Part shown: positions 13,701-28,500 of the stretch, piece by piece | Position numbering within the stretch: position 1 is the first letter of the stretch | Layout: each line of letters starts with the position of its first letter | Assembly (NCBI RefSeq): GCF_964355755.1 | Contig: NC_092673.1 | Span: forward strand, 4,464,001 to 4,528,000 | Direction of reading: 5' to 3' | DNA length: 64,000 nucleotides | Origin: Antedon mediterranea | Lineage: Eukaryota > Animalia > Echinodermata | The notes under the pieces: generated by a model | The model's database searches: none | What the model was told of the DNA's origin: nothing | The model's input: the letters and a program-made list of their open reading frames with translations, nothing else | Position numbers and translations under genes: made by a program

Positions 13701-16700
13701 TTGTATTCTTGTGATTTGTTTTCTTAGCCATCACCCAATATGTAGTTTATTTCTACTTAGCTTAGATGATAAAACGTTAGTACTTAAACGGCCATTATCA
13801 CGACAACATCGCTCTATTGTCTATACAGCTTTTCTTCAAAAACACTGACGACAGAAAATAAAATCGTTACAGAAATCGTTTAGCACCAACGCTTATTTTA
13901 GTTCCCCGCACTTATTCTTAATTACACATTTGGAATAATATTTTTACAACGGATCTCTAACGGTAATACATAAAACATAATATAGCTACAATACTATTCT
14001 ATGATTTACTGAACTAGGTTATATAAGTATAGATTGATTGACTAATTTTTTTAAAAATAGGTTATTGTAAAAAAAAACATAGATTTCCTTGCGGACATGC
14101 GGGTATACTCGCTGAATGGCCGTGTTTAATCGCTTTTAATCGGTCGCTCTGTACTGATCGTAAATTAAACCAAATCGTCTGTCTATTGTGTACGATAATG
14201 AGAGAATTATTGGCCTTCGTATTGAGAACTATTTAAAGCGTTTATTATTATTTCAATGAGCTAAATAGCATATTAGTTCTAATCGGCAGGTCAAAACAAC
14301 AGCCTGTATTTTACCCAATAAAGAACATGATGATGATAATATTAACGGTGACGTATAGTGTCATCACTATTACTTATGATTATCATAATTATTGATAACT
14401 TCTTCCGTAATTTTACAACAATTATATTACTACCTTAATTTTTAATTAATCATGATGATAATAAATATAGTAAATTAAAATATATTATATTATGATATTG
14501 TTTATACATTGTTTGTTGAAAGTGCCATTTTAATGTCACATACTAATTGTTTTTAACCACAATTTGGATCAAAAACAATTACCTGAATAGGCATAAACTG
14601 TAATTTCAAGAAAAAAAAAATCCTTCAAACAATGGGTTTTTGGTTAAATTTAACAATTTATTTTGTCTTTTTATAACAGAAATCATAATTCAGTTCGGTT
14701 TTCCCTCTACTGAAATGAATAATTTGATTAAAACTCCAAAATGGCCTATTCAACGTCTGATTTTATTAACCTGCATTTTTCATGTTTTTGGGGTCAATGC
14801 ATCTTTAATACTATAATACTAACAGTTTTCATTTAATACTATGATCTACCTCCATCTTTGTTAATACCAACAGTAATAATAATATTAAGAATGCCAATAT
14901 CATCATGACCATGCTTACGTAAGCCTAGACAATTATAATATAGGTTTTATTCTTTTGATCTGCTTTTAACCCTTTGGGTGTGTAATTTAGCCTTAACAAC
15001 GCACGATCAGCTTCACGATAATGTACGTAGAACTCCTATTAAGGGGACACCTTCGAGACTCCAACAATTGTAACTGAATGAGAAGCCCTATGCAGGGGAC
15101 ACTTAGGCCTACCAACAAAACCGAAATTGTCCTCTTAATATGGAGTTTCGCGGGTAAAAAAAAACCAACAAATTTTAATTTATCTGGACTCCAGAAATTG
15201 AGTAGAATTTAAAATTTAGTAGCTAACAGTGAAAACTGTCAAGCCAGAGAAAGTATCATAATTAGACTATTATTTTGATATTTTGTGCTGATTTGATCGT
15301 AGTCCTAACAAATTATATGTATCATCAGGGAATTTCACTCTTCCCTGGTATCATTAATTGCATATAGTTTATCGTTATCATCATGATCAATTGCAGACAT
15401 GATCGTCTTATACTCATTAACATCACAATCATGTCAAACAAAAGCATGAACTCATCTTTAATTTAAATTGACCCTAATTACGTCGTGTAGCCTACGAGTC
15501 GATGTTCTATTAAAATGAATTAAGCAAACTACGCTTCTGCCGTGACAATCTGCGCCGCTTATTCAATATTTGCCGCGAGTTCTTTAATAACAATCCGTTA
15601 AATTACAATATTAGGTCCATTACACTGCATCGGTGATGTCTCTTTGAAGGCTTCTTCAACGCTCTCAACAAACACTAGTAGTGCATCGGTTGACGTGGCA
15701 TACAGGGGCTTGACGAAACGCGCGCTATTAATTTCCATGCCAGATTAATTGTTCAAGATTTCGTTTTCACGCAGACTTAGCCGGTAGATTTGGCGAATTA
15801 AGTCGCTAACACTGCCGTGAAATTAGAAGATGGAATGCTGAAATTAAGCGGACAGCAAATCAAAACAGATAAATTAATGCATACGAGTCATTTAACAGAA
15901 TGAAAGTACATATTATAGTAAGAACAAACTATAGGCCTACAAACTAAACAGTTATTATTACTCGGAAAATCCTCAAAGTTGATAGGCCTATCTATATCGT
16001 TTTTCATGAATTATATTGTTTGTCAAATTCAAACGTCTCTTCCAGTTTAAATCAATACTTATCAATCAATCAATACAATAAAGTGATATTTTTTCAAAAA
16101 AAAAAAAAAAAAATTCTCATCTTTAAAACGAATATCAATTAGGTTGGCTACAACTGAGCATTACACTTGTCAGGAATTTATATTATACTGCGATTTATAT
16201 ATATTTTCCTTCTGATGGGTTTTTGTGGTTGATAATAATTACTGTAGTTTTTAATTAGTGCAACATCTCGGGTTATATTATAATGTAGGTGTAGGCCTAT
16301 TGAGTCTTTTATTTATGGTATAATCTCCATCTGCTTCGTTTCTTCACAATATATCACAGTATTGTACTTGTTAGCTTCTAAATGCAATCACTCTAATCGA
16401 TATTGTATTGTGTTATAACACAAGGCATATTTCGTTTTACTTTAAACATGTTAATAGAATTAGTTGCCCATATGTAATGTGTGACTAATTCTAACGATAA
16501 TAAGAGATTATTTGTGTACTTTTAAAATAATTCCCTCACAATAAAAAGTACGATCAAGATTATTTTGAAATGAACGGAGAAAGTTTTTCTTATAGACTCT
16601 GTTCGATAAGCCTAAATTTGATCCTTTTTCTGGTTCCCACTAGAGACGCAAACGCAAGGACGTACGCGCAACGCAAGCGAGTTGACCAATGACAAGTCAC

Positions 16701-19700
16701 TGTTCGAATAATCCATCGATTCTGATTGTAAAATCACTTCGTTGCGTTACGTCGTTGCTTTGCGTCTCTAGTGGGAACCACGCATTAATTAGTGGTGTAA
16801 AAATGGGTGACCTAAGTGAACTATGGAGGCATATAATTATTTATACTGAAAGAAAGGGGTACATAGTATATTAAATATAGTATACTATGACAATGATAGC
16901 ACGCTTGCCGTTCAATATGTACTAAAGCTCTGTCTACACTATCAAACTTAATGTAACAAAAAAATGTGATGTGTCCATAATGGACGTGATGATGAAACAT
17001 CAATACCATATTTGAGCATATCACTACCATATTTTGGCACATCACACTTTTTTGTCAAACAAGTTTGATAGTGTAGACAGAGCTTAACAGTACTGTATCA
17101 TCAGAGTAGCCTTCTGCATCTTTTGTTCCGTTTTCCAGTGGTCAACCACAAATCAACAACACTTACTCGGGATTTAAATTCGTGATAAAACGTTTTTGAA
17201 AATAAATTACTAAGATACTTGAAAATTAACAACGGAAATATGTGTTATTCGTTTGATTGCAGTTGGCGGCAGATCAACACTTACTTGAAGTAGTAGCATT
17301 GCAAAGTGTTTGTGAATTCGAGAAAAGATAAGAATCGCTCAAAAACAACATAATCAACTTAAATGCTACAATAACTAATACTTTTTAAAATAATATATAA
17401 CAACAAAATAAAAGGTAAGTAACAAGTGATTACTTCCTTTTAAAATTAAAACAAACAGGCCGTGTCATTTATTTTTTGTAATATTTTTGTTTCATAAAGA
17501 ACGGTTATAATTATGAACAATACAAAAAGTGATGCTTTCAAATATTCATTATAGGACAAACATCGTAGTCATCGGGAATCTATTTTGGACCCAATATGGC
17601 CTTAAAATGACCCTATAACATACCCATTGAATTAATGCATATTTCAATGATCATATTTCTACCTCTTTTGAAAAAAAAATGTTCTCGATTACACAAAAAG
17701 GAATGCTACCAATGTTTTGATCATAACAATAATAAAAGTAAAACTCCCGTTAAATCATATCAGTAACACGTGATACAAAGCAGTCTTTTCAGTCGTATTT
17801 CATTACTTTTCTTTCAGACATAAATATAGCTATAAATATTCGACAAATTACACACACGGGATTATTGTTTATAGAATAGGGAAATACGTCCCTAGGCCTA
17901 GGGGCATGGTAACTAGATACTAATAGTGGCAAAGGGGACTTGGTTCGTACTAGGTAATTACGAATGGTAAGTTTGCAACTTGGTAACATTATATCGTAGG
18001 CTATGAACTATGTAACCAACGGGGATGATTAACGTGGTGTCTATATTCAATGCAGGCTGCCTCTTTTGCCAATCGTTTACAATTGTCAAACCTCCATCAC
18101 AGTGCCAAGAGGGTTAGAAGATTGTTTCTTCTGTTCGTTTTTAATCGTTTTGGTATGCATGTAACTTTTTCTAGGGTAGTACAGTAATACACACCTAGCG
18201 TATATGGTGCGCACACAATCAAATTAGGCCATTTTCGAAGCATTAAAGCTTGGTTCCCACTAGAACGCAACGCAAGGACGTAAGCAAGGAACTCTTCGGA
18301 TAATCCATCGCTTGGATTGGTTCATTCGCTTGAGTTGCGGCTTACGTCCTTGCGCTGCGTTCCAGTGGGAACCAAGCTTAATTGAAAATAGACCTACTTA
18401 TTTTTATGACAAGTTTAAATAAAATGCAAATAGGCCAGTATCAAGTCACATCAACGTGAGCAACCAATTACCGGTATCTATTGATAATGTTCGATGACTA
18501 AATAATGTGTCTCTTATCTGTCTGTGACATAACACTTGTAATTGATGTAGCCCTACCTTATTACTGATTATTTCGTAGATTGTCATCAAAGTCAATATTG
18601 AACATTTTACAAGTGACCCGCTACTGACGCCAACGACTGTACCGAATTATCACGATCGATAATATTCCAAACAACTCAGAATTTAAGTCTACGCGCGCGT
18701 CTACGTGGTTATTTTATACATGCGCGTAGAGTAAGTCACATAATTTGACGCGTGGTTGTTACTCTAAAGCTATCAAACTTTTTGTGACAAAAAAAAATGT
18801 GCCCATATGGACATGATGATGTCATATCTAATCATATCACCACCATATTTGGCATATCACCACAATATTTGGGCACATCACACTTTTTTTTTGTCATACT
18901 AGTAGACAGAGCTTAATCGTTCTCTGCAAGCCTGTTACGGGTCAAATCATGATCCCATAAATAATGTTTAACTAAATATTGAATACCGGTATTGATTTAC
19001 AGATTTAAAACGACTAATAAATATAAGGCCTATAGAAATCGACACACACTAAATACTTGTAAATCAATGTCTTGTTTAGAAGCATAGACTGCAGAGTGAA
19101 TGGTGATTCCCCTATTTCCAACATCCCCACCCACCCACCGAAAAGGTGGATACAATCGCCAAACTTGTTTGCTATTGTCTGACGATAAAATTGCACGTTG
19201 ATACTAATGCCACACGACGTTGAAATTCAAAGCAACATTTATCATCTTCATTGAAACATACTGTACTGATAAATAGTAAACCATCCGTATACTATTTGAA
19301 TACTGATAAATTACGGATACTTTAGAACCATTTAGTACGCCATAAAATATTCAATACCTTAGGTTCTATTACCGTTATTACAATCTTGTGATCTAATCTA
19401 GCAAATCATTAGACGTTATTAATAACAAATCGCTCCCGCTGCTCGTATCGCGTTCAACACTTATAACTTCAAAACGATTTGATTTAATAGGGAGTAGAAC
19501 AATGAATTTCTCTGGCATAATTGTATGTAATTATTCAACGTAGCATCCTTTACGTCCCATAGCATCGGTTGCCGAGAGACCGGTAATATCCAATTACGTA
19601 GGCCGCCGATAGATGGATCTATATTGTAAATAAACACGACCGCACAAATGCTATACGCTAAGCGAGACGATTAAACGATTCAAGATTTACCTATCTATAA

Positions 19701-22700
19701 TAAAATAACTGTTTGAGCGCGTTATGACATATAACTTTTATTGACTGATATTAATAGGGAACGCATGAACCGAATCAATGTAATAAAGAAATATCCATGC
19801 AAAATATATAAGACATTAAGTTATTTGTATATACAACATATCCCATATTGATAAACAATAGTATAATTTTCATAAACACTAAAACTGTTTTTTTTAAACA
19901 ACATTATTATATTTCGATACTTCGTAGTACGCATGCATTTACGTCAAGCAATAAGTTCCTATACAATTTAATATTTTAGTTTCAACAATTGCTAAGTCCT
20001 GTACTTGCATTGGCCAAACCCGAGACAACAACCAGTCCAAACTAAACGAACTAATATTGGTGGTTTTATACATGAAAACGTCAACATAATTAAATAAAAG
20101 CTAACTATTCTGTTATATAGAACTATTATTAAATGATTGATTATTAAATGATTGATTATTAAAAACGATTGATTATTAAATGATTGATTATTAAAAATGA
20201 TTGATTATTAAAAATGATTGATTATTAATCGAGTTACTCCCACTTAACTGTATACTGTATGGCCTTATACTGTATCTGTAATTAACCAATTACAACATAT
20301 TCGTGCTAGGCCTGTTATCATCATACCTATCGATAGTTGTATCTTTCTTAAGTCATTAATTAGAGCGTCAAGTGGTAGTTATCCCCTGTACCAAATAGGT
20401 TAATATAGCGGGGTGACCGTCAACTAGGCCTGTTGTATTTGCCAAATCTATCAATGGTTACGATACGAGTCCAATGTATTATTTGATGCTCATTTTCTGA
20501 TGTTTGACATTGCTTCTGTTTGGCGGCAGTTAGTACTTTCTTGTATCAGATACTTTGGTTGTTAAGTGCACTTGTTAAGTACAAAATGATATTATTTCTA
20601 TTTGATAAGAGTCTTTGTGGAAACATGGCGTCCGGACATTCCTCAATTGCCTATCGTTGCCCTAGAAATACTACGATAGACTCTTAAACGGTTGTTATAT
20701 ATTTTAATAGCATTATATCCACGTTTTATTTTGGCTTAAAATTGAATGTGCTAATATTGTTACTTGTATTGTAGACGAAATCTGCTATTTATTGACAAAT
20801 ATTGTTGGTAGGCCTAATGAAATAATATATCGTAGCATAGGATAAATAGAAAAAACAAGATTTGTGTACTGCAATACGGTATGTGATCCATGCTCTGACT
20901 TCACATACAAAATCGCAGCACTCCGTCGCTCAAATTCATTTTAGGCTCGTCAATATTTCATTCAGAATTAATTAGTAATCAATTTCAAATATTATCTGTA
21001 GAAATATATGGTTTATTTTATTATTTTAAAAGGGTTTTTATTGCATATACAACTGAACTCAAGTTTCGGTAAACAAAATTTATTTGCGATTAATTTTCAT
21101 AAAATGGTTTTATTTCCAGAACGTGAAAATGATGTAAATCTCTCTTTTCGTCAGGGATCCTAACCTATTCGCATAAATCAGTATATTTTTTAGTGATTAA
21201 GACGCTAATTTTGGTACTGTCATTATAAATTTTTGGTTTATAACATATCAAATGTTTACGAGTAATTGTATACCTGTAAATAACCTAAGATATGAATTCT
21301 ATGTGACGAAAAAAAAAAAAAAAAAGCTCTTCCAAAATTATTTGATTACTCATTTTAAAATAATACTCGTTAGAATTACTGTACAATACGACGACGACAA
21401 ATTAACGTGCTTGGTGCAATAAATATACCATTATGCATTAGGAATATACACACGTATGGTACGCTTCACGTATGGTACGCTTCACGTATGGTACGCTTCA
21501 CAGGGACGACGCTTCACGTGTACATAATTTTGGCCATGCTTAACTTATGACGACAAAAAAAAAGACTTTATGCTAGTAATTTCGACCTCCACCCCAATTT
21601 TGATGCCTTTTACGATGGCCTTAAGCTGGTAGAAAATAAGTAGGCCTTGATAAGCTGGGATGAAATTAAGAATCTTAATGTCCGGCATAAAACAGAATGT
21701 CTGTACTAAACACGTTTTTAATAATAACTTCTTAATTGTTCTTGAATGTAGCATACAAAACAAGGAAACAAAATTGTGATTTTATAAATAGAACGATTGT
21801 TCAACAGTATATCTATCTATCTTACCGGTATATAACTATGAACTCTACTTCCCACTTTATTAACGAGGTTGTAACAGAAGTAAATTAGCTGTAAATTAAA
21901 ATGCACGGATACGCACATTTTATGAAATAAGAACCAGTATATTTTCTAGATGTACTTATTTTTCTGTCAGTTTTACCTTCATTTATTTCATTCGTACATT
22001 TTAGACATCTATAAAACTTTAAGTAATTATGAAACAAGTCTGGTCAGAAAGAAAAAAAAAAACCCCAACAAATTAATGGTTTTGTTTTAATTATGATGAT
22101 GATATTATGTTGAGGCCAGCTGCAGCCTGTTTAGTGAGAGTTAGAATTAATCTTGTATATTGTAGGCATACTATACTATTCCCAGACAACCAAGGAAAAT
22201 CTGTCACAAAATCGAATGTGTAAAGGCCCATACAACAATGACAACTACGTCTTCAGTTAGGCCTAAATAGTGGCTTAATATTCACGATATCACGAAATTA
22301 TCGATGTATTGCTTTATGTAATAGATTTTATAATCTATCGGTATAAGGTCTAATACAAAACGTTGAATATAGAAATTGATTTATTTTATTTGAGGTGTCA
22401 CTGATGAAATAATCGAAAAAAAACAGCTAAAATATATTTTTGTATAAAAACTCACACACTGAGAATGGATAATGTTTAAAAAACAGACCCTTGACAAAGA
22501 AAACGAACGAACAAAAACATTTGTCTGTCCAACAAGTGTATATCGTACTAAATAGTGTAGTTTCTTACGAAAATTGAAATGGTTATTAACTAAAAGAAAC
22601 AAAAGTCTTACTATTGTGTATATCTGGTGATGGAGTAGCATCTCTGCGGTCGTTGTTATCGTCTGAAAACTGACGAGAATCAGCGTCTACGACGGACGAG

Positions 22701-22999
22701 CACGACCACGACGACGGGCTGAACTCCACACTAACATCGGTACTCACACTGCCTTCGCGTTTTAACAGTTTCCCTTCGCATTCCGTCCTTTCTAAAGTAA
22801 AACTGTATTTCGTTTTTCTACCTTTACTGTCTTTTCGAACACCGTACAGGATGTCGGCAATAAAATAAGGGGTACGTTGCTTACCCCTATTATCGTAGCA
22901 ATGAGGGTGCCATGTACCGACGGCCCCTGGGAGGGGATAGGAATAAGTTGATGTTGGCGATCCCATCATAGAATGGATAATACCTATTACTCCGTCCAT
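7734..22999 (-). CDS. NK7: NK7 homeobox transcription factor, 3 coding exons (22999-22612, 11494-11301, 8126-7734)
   Basis: Exon 1 has an eh1/TN-like motif TPYFIADIL. Exons 2 and 3 splice in frame (GT-AG, phases 1 and 0) to give the homeodomain [44 protein letters not shown]|[14 protein letters not shown], followed by [27 protein letters not shown] and this C-flank are characteristic of NK7. Confidence 0.9.
8225..8998. repeat. 37-bp minisatellite (18+19-bp dimer) in NK7 intron 2
   Basis: Unit gtcgcactttataatactgtcgcactctgaaataatc repeated ~19 times, preceded by 18-bp monomers. Confidence 0.95.
16926..17084. mobile_element. MITE family A, representative intact copy
   Basis: TIR AGCTCTGTCTACACTATCAAACT / AGTTTGATAGTGTAGACAGAGCT flanked by TAA...TAA. 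Other copies start near 1516, 2634, 3556, 5344, 10827, 11630, 13316, 18767, 31397, 44046, 44466, 45137, 45904, 48113, 48541, 48960, 49862, 54785, 55207, 55875, 56318, 58954 and 62207. Confidence 0.85.
18247..18378. mobile_element. MITE family B short copy
   Basis: TAA-AGCTTGGTTCCCACT...AGTGGGAACCAAGCT-TAA. Related copies near 16632, 32732, 36453 and 43637. Confidence 0.85.
20124..20228. repeat. 15-17-bp AT-rich tandem repeat
   Basis: (attattaaa[aa]tgattg)x~6. Confidence 0.85.
21451..21501. repeat. 16-bp tandem repeat
   Basis: (cacgtatggtacgctt)x3. Confidence 0.85.
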
Positions 23000-23962
23000 C
23001 TGTTGATAGTCTGCTGTCTACAAAGTTTAAATCACACAATCAGGAGAAAATACTCAATCATTAGGTTATAATGCAATGCAAATATTAAATGATCGCATAG
23101 TTCAAAACGGATGATTTTGAAGTTTTTACAAGGGCGACTGAAATAACTACAATCAATGTTTTGACAAAAATGTTCGAAAGTAAATAACAATACTGGTCAA
23201 CAATGTAACGCTTCTGGTTGCAAATAGTTTTGTATAACCGTAGCAGAGGTATGTTATCTCTGATCTCTGGTTGTTGGTAAGATTACATCAAGTTCGAATC
23301 GAGTAATGGTTAAAAGCCTTTCTGCATGCCAGCTAGGTTGTCACCACGACGAACCATAAATGACAGTGCTCGTCCTACTCTCGCAAATTAGTCAAATTAA
23401 AATCAGTTTAATCGATATTATTAAAGTCTCAACAGGGACTGGATTTACGACGTAGCACCAGAGGTGGGTATGCCTGAAAGCAGTGTTTAGTCACGAAGTT
23501 AACAATCTATTACTGGTCACTGAAAACAGATAACAAACGCGAAGTGTATCGGAGGAGAAGTGACGTATCCACCAATGTATAGAATACACGCACAACCAAT
23601 TAACCAACTGCTACACTCCAATTGTCATTCAATCGAAGAGGTTGGCCCATTTTCTATATTGTTTCTCAACAACGATTAGGACAGATTCTCGCGTCGTTAT
23701 CCGATTGATAGAACGTGCTTGATAACAGTTCAGCGCCTCGCATCGCTTTGATCAATCACTTTGGTAAATAGTTCCAATGATGAGTCTATCCAATTTGTAT
23801 CGAGATTCGTCAATACGCCAGCGACCGTGAGTGTAGAAACTTAGCAAGGTGTTTTGGAAGCGTGCTCTTTTTGAGAAGTATAAGGCTTGTTAATCGTTTG
23901 ACTTCCAGGCCAATTACCGCCTTCAGCCGGTCTTCATATCACTGCAAGTCGGCAGTGTGTTT

Positions 23963-25513
23963 GGGTCATTCTTCAGTAAGTGTCTAAAATCGTGTCCCGA
24001 TACTTTGGTGGGATAGAGACTGAAAATTCATCATTAAAAAATAAAAATTCTTGACTTAAATCATAATCAACATTATTGTAAATATAATTAATTACATAAA
24101 ACAAAGATAATTGCATTGATATTGTTAATTTTTATAAAAATGTTTCAGGCAACCCCCTATAATCCTATGTCCCGATCGTACATCTTCAATTTTATGATCG
24201 CCGTATATATTTGATAACAGGACTTTTGTTATCGAAAATATTGTAAAAAGTTAGTTAATCATTATTTCATGCGATTATATTCTTCGAAATACATCTCTAC
24301 ATACATTAAATCTCAAACTTTAAAGTTTTTGTTTGGAAAAAGCTTGTCCCGCAGTTTTGTGTCATTTCCGTCACATAATTTAAATGTACCGTCTACAGTT
24401 TAATGAACGGTGGGGAAAAAAATTGACTGTGCGTTGTAAACATACGAAGATATTTAAATTAAACTAGCCGCACATCATTTTCAATAAAAGAGGAAAAAAG
24501 CTAGAAAAACGAGGTTTTAGAAAAATTACAGCTGCGTACCTTTATTGAATGTCATATCCGAACGGTATAGAACTCATTAAATGATTATAATTTCTGTTTT
24601 TTTTCAACTGGAAGTACAAGTTATTTACGGTATCTAGAAGTATGCAATCCGTCTCCGCTGTCAGACATGCCTACGATGTGATCCTAGGCTGTCCAATGCT
24701 AAATACATCATCTCCGTCACGGTCAGCTCCGTCACATTTCCCAATGTTTCGTTGTGACGGAGATGACGGCCCGTGACGGATATGACTTTTTGTTATTGCC
24801 AGGGCCTTTTTTTGTTGTACATTTTGTTTTGTATATCTTTATTATGTTATTACATTGTATATCTATGTTACTCTGGTCAATAAACATAATCAAATCATAT
24901 CTTAAAGTCATCTCCGTCACATGATTTTTTAGGTTCGTCATATCCGTCACGGTTTCATCTCCGTCACATGGATATTTTATCCTTTTAAATCCTAAAATAT
25001 TTAAGTAATGAACGCAATTATGTGGTATATTGAAATATAAACAATATTCTTCTACTATGTCAATGGATAGTAATATTAGTTCAACAGAATTTTGTAAAAC
25101 ATCAGTGACAGTCATATTATTTTCTGAAAATTATTATTGTTTGGAATAGTAAATGGTTTTGAACGTATAAAATCATACTTATAAATGTTAAAACAATCAT
25201 TTTTTGATTAATAGAGACAAAAATAATATATAGTATCAAAGAATTAATAATGGAAATAATTTTATAATTCCTGAACCGTTATTTTTTCTATCTTTGTATA
25301 TTCCATAAATGTGACGGAAATGACAGTAACATAGAACCATGTATTTATAAATACGAATAAAATACGAAATATATAATAAAGATTGCGCCAAACATATGCT
25401 TGCCATGTAATACATGTTCATTTATCTGAATAAACTTTTAAAATTTAAAAAATGCAAATTTTAAAATCGATTTTTTATAAACCTGAAATTAGACACTTAC
25501 TGAAGAATGACCC
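23963..25513. mobile_element. 1.55-kb non-autonomous DNA transposon, Sola2-like
   Basis: 25-bp perfect TIR GGGTCATTCTTCAGTAAGTGTCTAA, 4-bp TSD GTTT on both sides, and a repeated internal CCGTCAC/GTGACGG motif. The superfamily is inferred from the 4-bp TSD and GRG termini. Confidence 0.8.
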
Positions 25514-28500
25514 GTTTGTATTACGTTAGTTGAAGCGTTCGACCTGTAACCATGCGTGAATCAACTCTGATTTCGTGCAATATCCGTTTAGTTGTACGAG
25601 GCCTAGAATACCCGTTAAAACGTGTTATGCATGGAATTTGTAACGGTACGTGCTTAGCGCCACTTGTAAAACTTAATTATGCATGACGTCGAGAAATCAG
25701 CTACGTTAGTTTTGCATATGTGACGTGGTGCTGTAATACCACCGTGGTTGACACGAATTACGCTATGCGTTGCGTAGATTCAGTGTTCTTCTCCATGGTG
25801 TGTGTGTGTGTGTGTGTCGTATAGACACTACCCAATAAAACGCAATGTTTAATAATTGAAAACCTTGGTATTTAATAAAAACGTATGCGTGTTTGTTACA
25901 TTATGAGTCAGTCGGGCAGCAAAGTGGTTGACCTCGCGAATTATTACCAAATCAAAATTTGAATTGCCGCCATCTTGGAATCGCGATAAAGCAAGTAGTG
26001 CGGAATTACAAAATGCAGCAAAAAAAAATTTCAATAACATTTAAATAGCATATTCATACAATTAAATTTATATTAATAAAATTCAACTAAGGATTTTACG
26101 AAAGATAGGCTACTTAAGAAATACTGCCGAGATCGGTTCCCCCACACGGCGTAGGGTACCGCAGTGCTAAGGGGCCTAGGTAGGAAAAAATCTGATTTTA
26201 CCTGTTAAACATGCTTGAACCAAGGCCATTTTAATATATATTATCCAGATTATATATCAAAACAAACTGATAAAAGGATTTGTTGATTTGCTTCTGATGA
26301 GAAAAGTGCCGGATTCATTTCGCTGACGGCGAATGAATACACGAATTTTCGCCATTTTCTAGCACTAGCCTTGGGTACCCAGACAGCTGATAACGATTAT
26401 ATTCGATTGTCCAGACGTCTCTGCTACTGGTGCTCAATACTACAGTATGTATTACCATGGACCTATAGGTCCATGGTATTACTGTACATATAGTACTGTA
26501 TGTTTAGTTTTTGCTTTCTTTATGGCAAAATAAATATTTAATTTTTATTATTGCTTATTTTGCTTTAACTTTATCCAAGAAGAAGTAAATATTATTATAT
26601 ATATGCATATTACAGTCAAGTTGCAACTGCCACGAATCCACTCCACTTTGGTTACTAACTAAATAATTAATAGTATAACATCATAACTAACAAACAAATT
26701 AACAAGTTAATAAATTAACCACCATTAAATAATTTTATTTACAAAAAAGTATTTTACATACAGTATAACATGTAATATCTTATTTACATCGAAGTAAAAT
26801 ATGCCTATCAAACTATCTTGCTCAGGCTAAAATATCAAGTTATATATGTCAATATTTGAGTTAAATCATCGCGATAATAAAAACTTTTATTTTTTTTTTA
26901 TTTTTAAAGACATCTGTTACATACATCAATTTACAAATATCAAAATAGGATTGTTTTTGCAGCACAAGATGAATCACAAGTCGGATAGTTTATTCTTAGA
27001 AACCTGAAAGAAAAAAAAAACACCAATAATGAGCTATTCATAGTTAAATAATTTTAATGTCAACTTTAGTCATCCTAAATTTTGTCGCCATGATCACTAC
27101 TATACACAATACTGTATATATAAATATCATAATATGTACGACCATCCAAATTACCTCATCCTACCTACAGTCCTTCCTAGCCTAGGCTACATTATTGTCA
27201 TATATTTACAAACCTCCAACAACAGCCACAACGTATTTTCTTTTCTTTGGCAAAGAATTTCCCGTAATATTGTCCTAAATTAATTAAATAAATCAAAAGG
27301 TCTAGGCCTAGGCCTTTCTTTAAATATCCGACGATATATATATATCCATAATCCAGTGGATATAGATTCAACATTTTAAACATAATAATAATATGGCTTC
27401 ACATTGATTATAATAAGTCGGCGATATGCCACTAAAAACTAGCCTGCGGCCCTCTCTATCCCCCTACAAATAGCACTGGGTTTCCGTCAAATGGGCTAGG
27501 CCTAGCCTAGGCCTAGATAATAATTAATACTACAAGTTGGGTACATTTTTTTACAACCAAATAATCTACAATTATATTGCAATATTTACCAAACTAGCAC
27601 CAAATCCAAAATAATAAAGCTACTAATAACATATTTTGGTATATTAACTGGTTTAAAAACGGATTGCACATAGTGATTTTGAAGGATTGAAATTACTCAA
27701 CCACACGGCCTGTACTAAACATACGAATCCAAGATGGAGTCTGCTTAGAATATATCCCCAGATTTGAACGGATATTGAATCCGTCCCACAAGCTGAACCA
27801 AGCTTAAACTTTCAGAAAAGATAGATTAATAACCTAATAACCAACCACTAAGTTTTTATAAAGGTTCCGTGCTGATGAGAAAAGTGCCGGATTCCCTACG
27901 AAACCAAACAAATAAATCATGTAGCCTACCTCAACGAACACCTCCATCTGCACTTTTTTCTTCAATAAGCTCTGTCGTCATTTCCTGGGCTATTTATACC
28001 AAAATTTTGTGGCGGGAATAATCTTTTATATTAGGAGTAACAATTTCCAAATATAGAAAGATATAATTTAACCCGGATGGTGGAAATTGCAGCAGATTTG
28101 TAAGGGTATTCCCATGCAAAATGCTTGCCGCGAAGTGAAAAGCGAACCGGAAGTCACTATAACTTGGCGATGCTCAGTGACCTGCGCAGTTAAAAAACAG
28201 CGTTTTAACGGTTAAATGAGCACTTTGCTGCTCGACTGGAGTAACATTAATATAACTACATCGATACATATTACGTTCTCTTGAATTGTTGTAGGCGGGC
28301 GGGCGGGCGGGCGGGTGGGCGCCTCTAGATACGACAAAAATCCGCGTAGATTGTATTAATAATATCATTTGTCTATATCAAAGTTTAAGTGTGAATGTCT
28401 TGGAAGAGTTAGTTATCAATACCACAACAAGAGCACTACGATTAATATCGCGCCTATATAATGTTCCTTTAAAATACAATTATGTGATAATGTGTGTGTG

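Noticed and set aside
24732-25115. 127-aa ORF as a transposase
   Set aside because: No recognisable DDE or DNA-binding motifs, and it overlaps the internal repeat motifs of a non-autonomous element.
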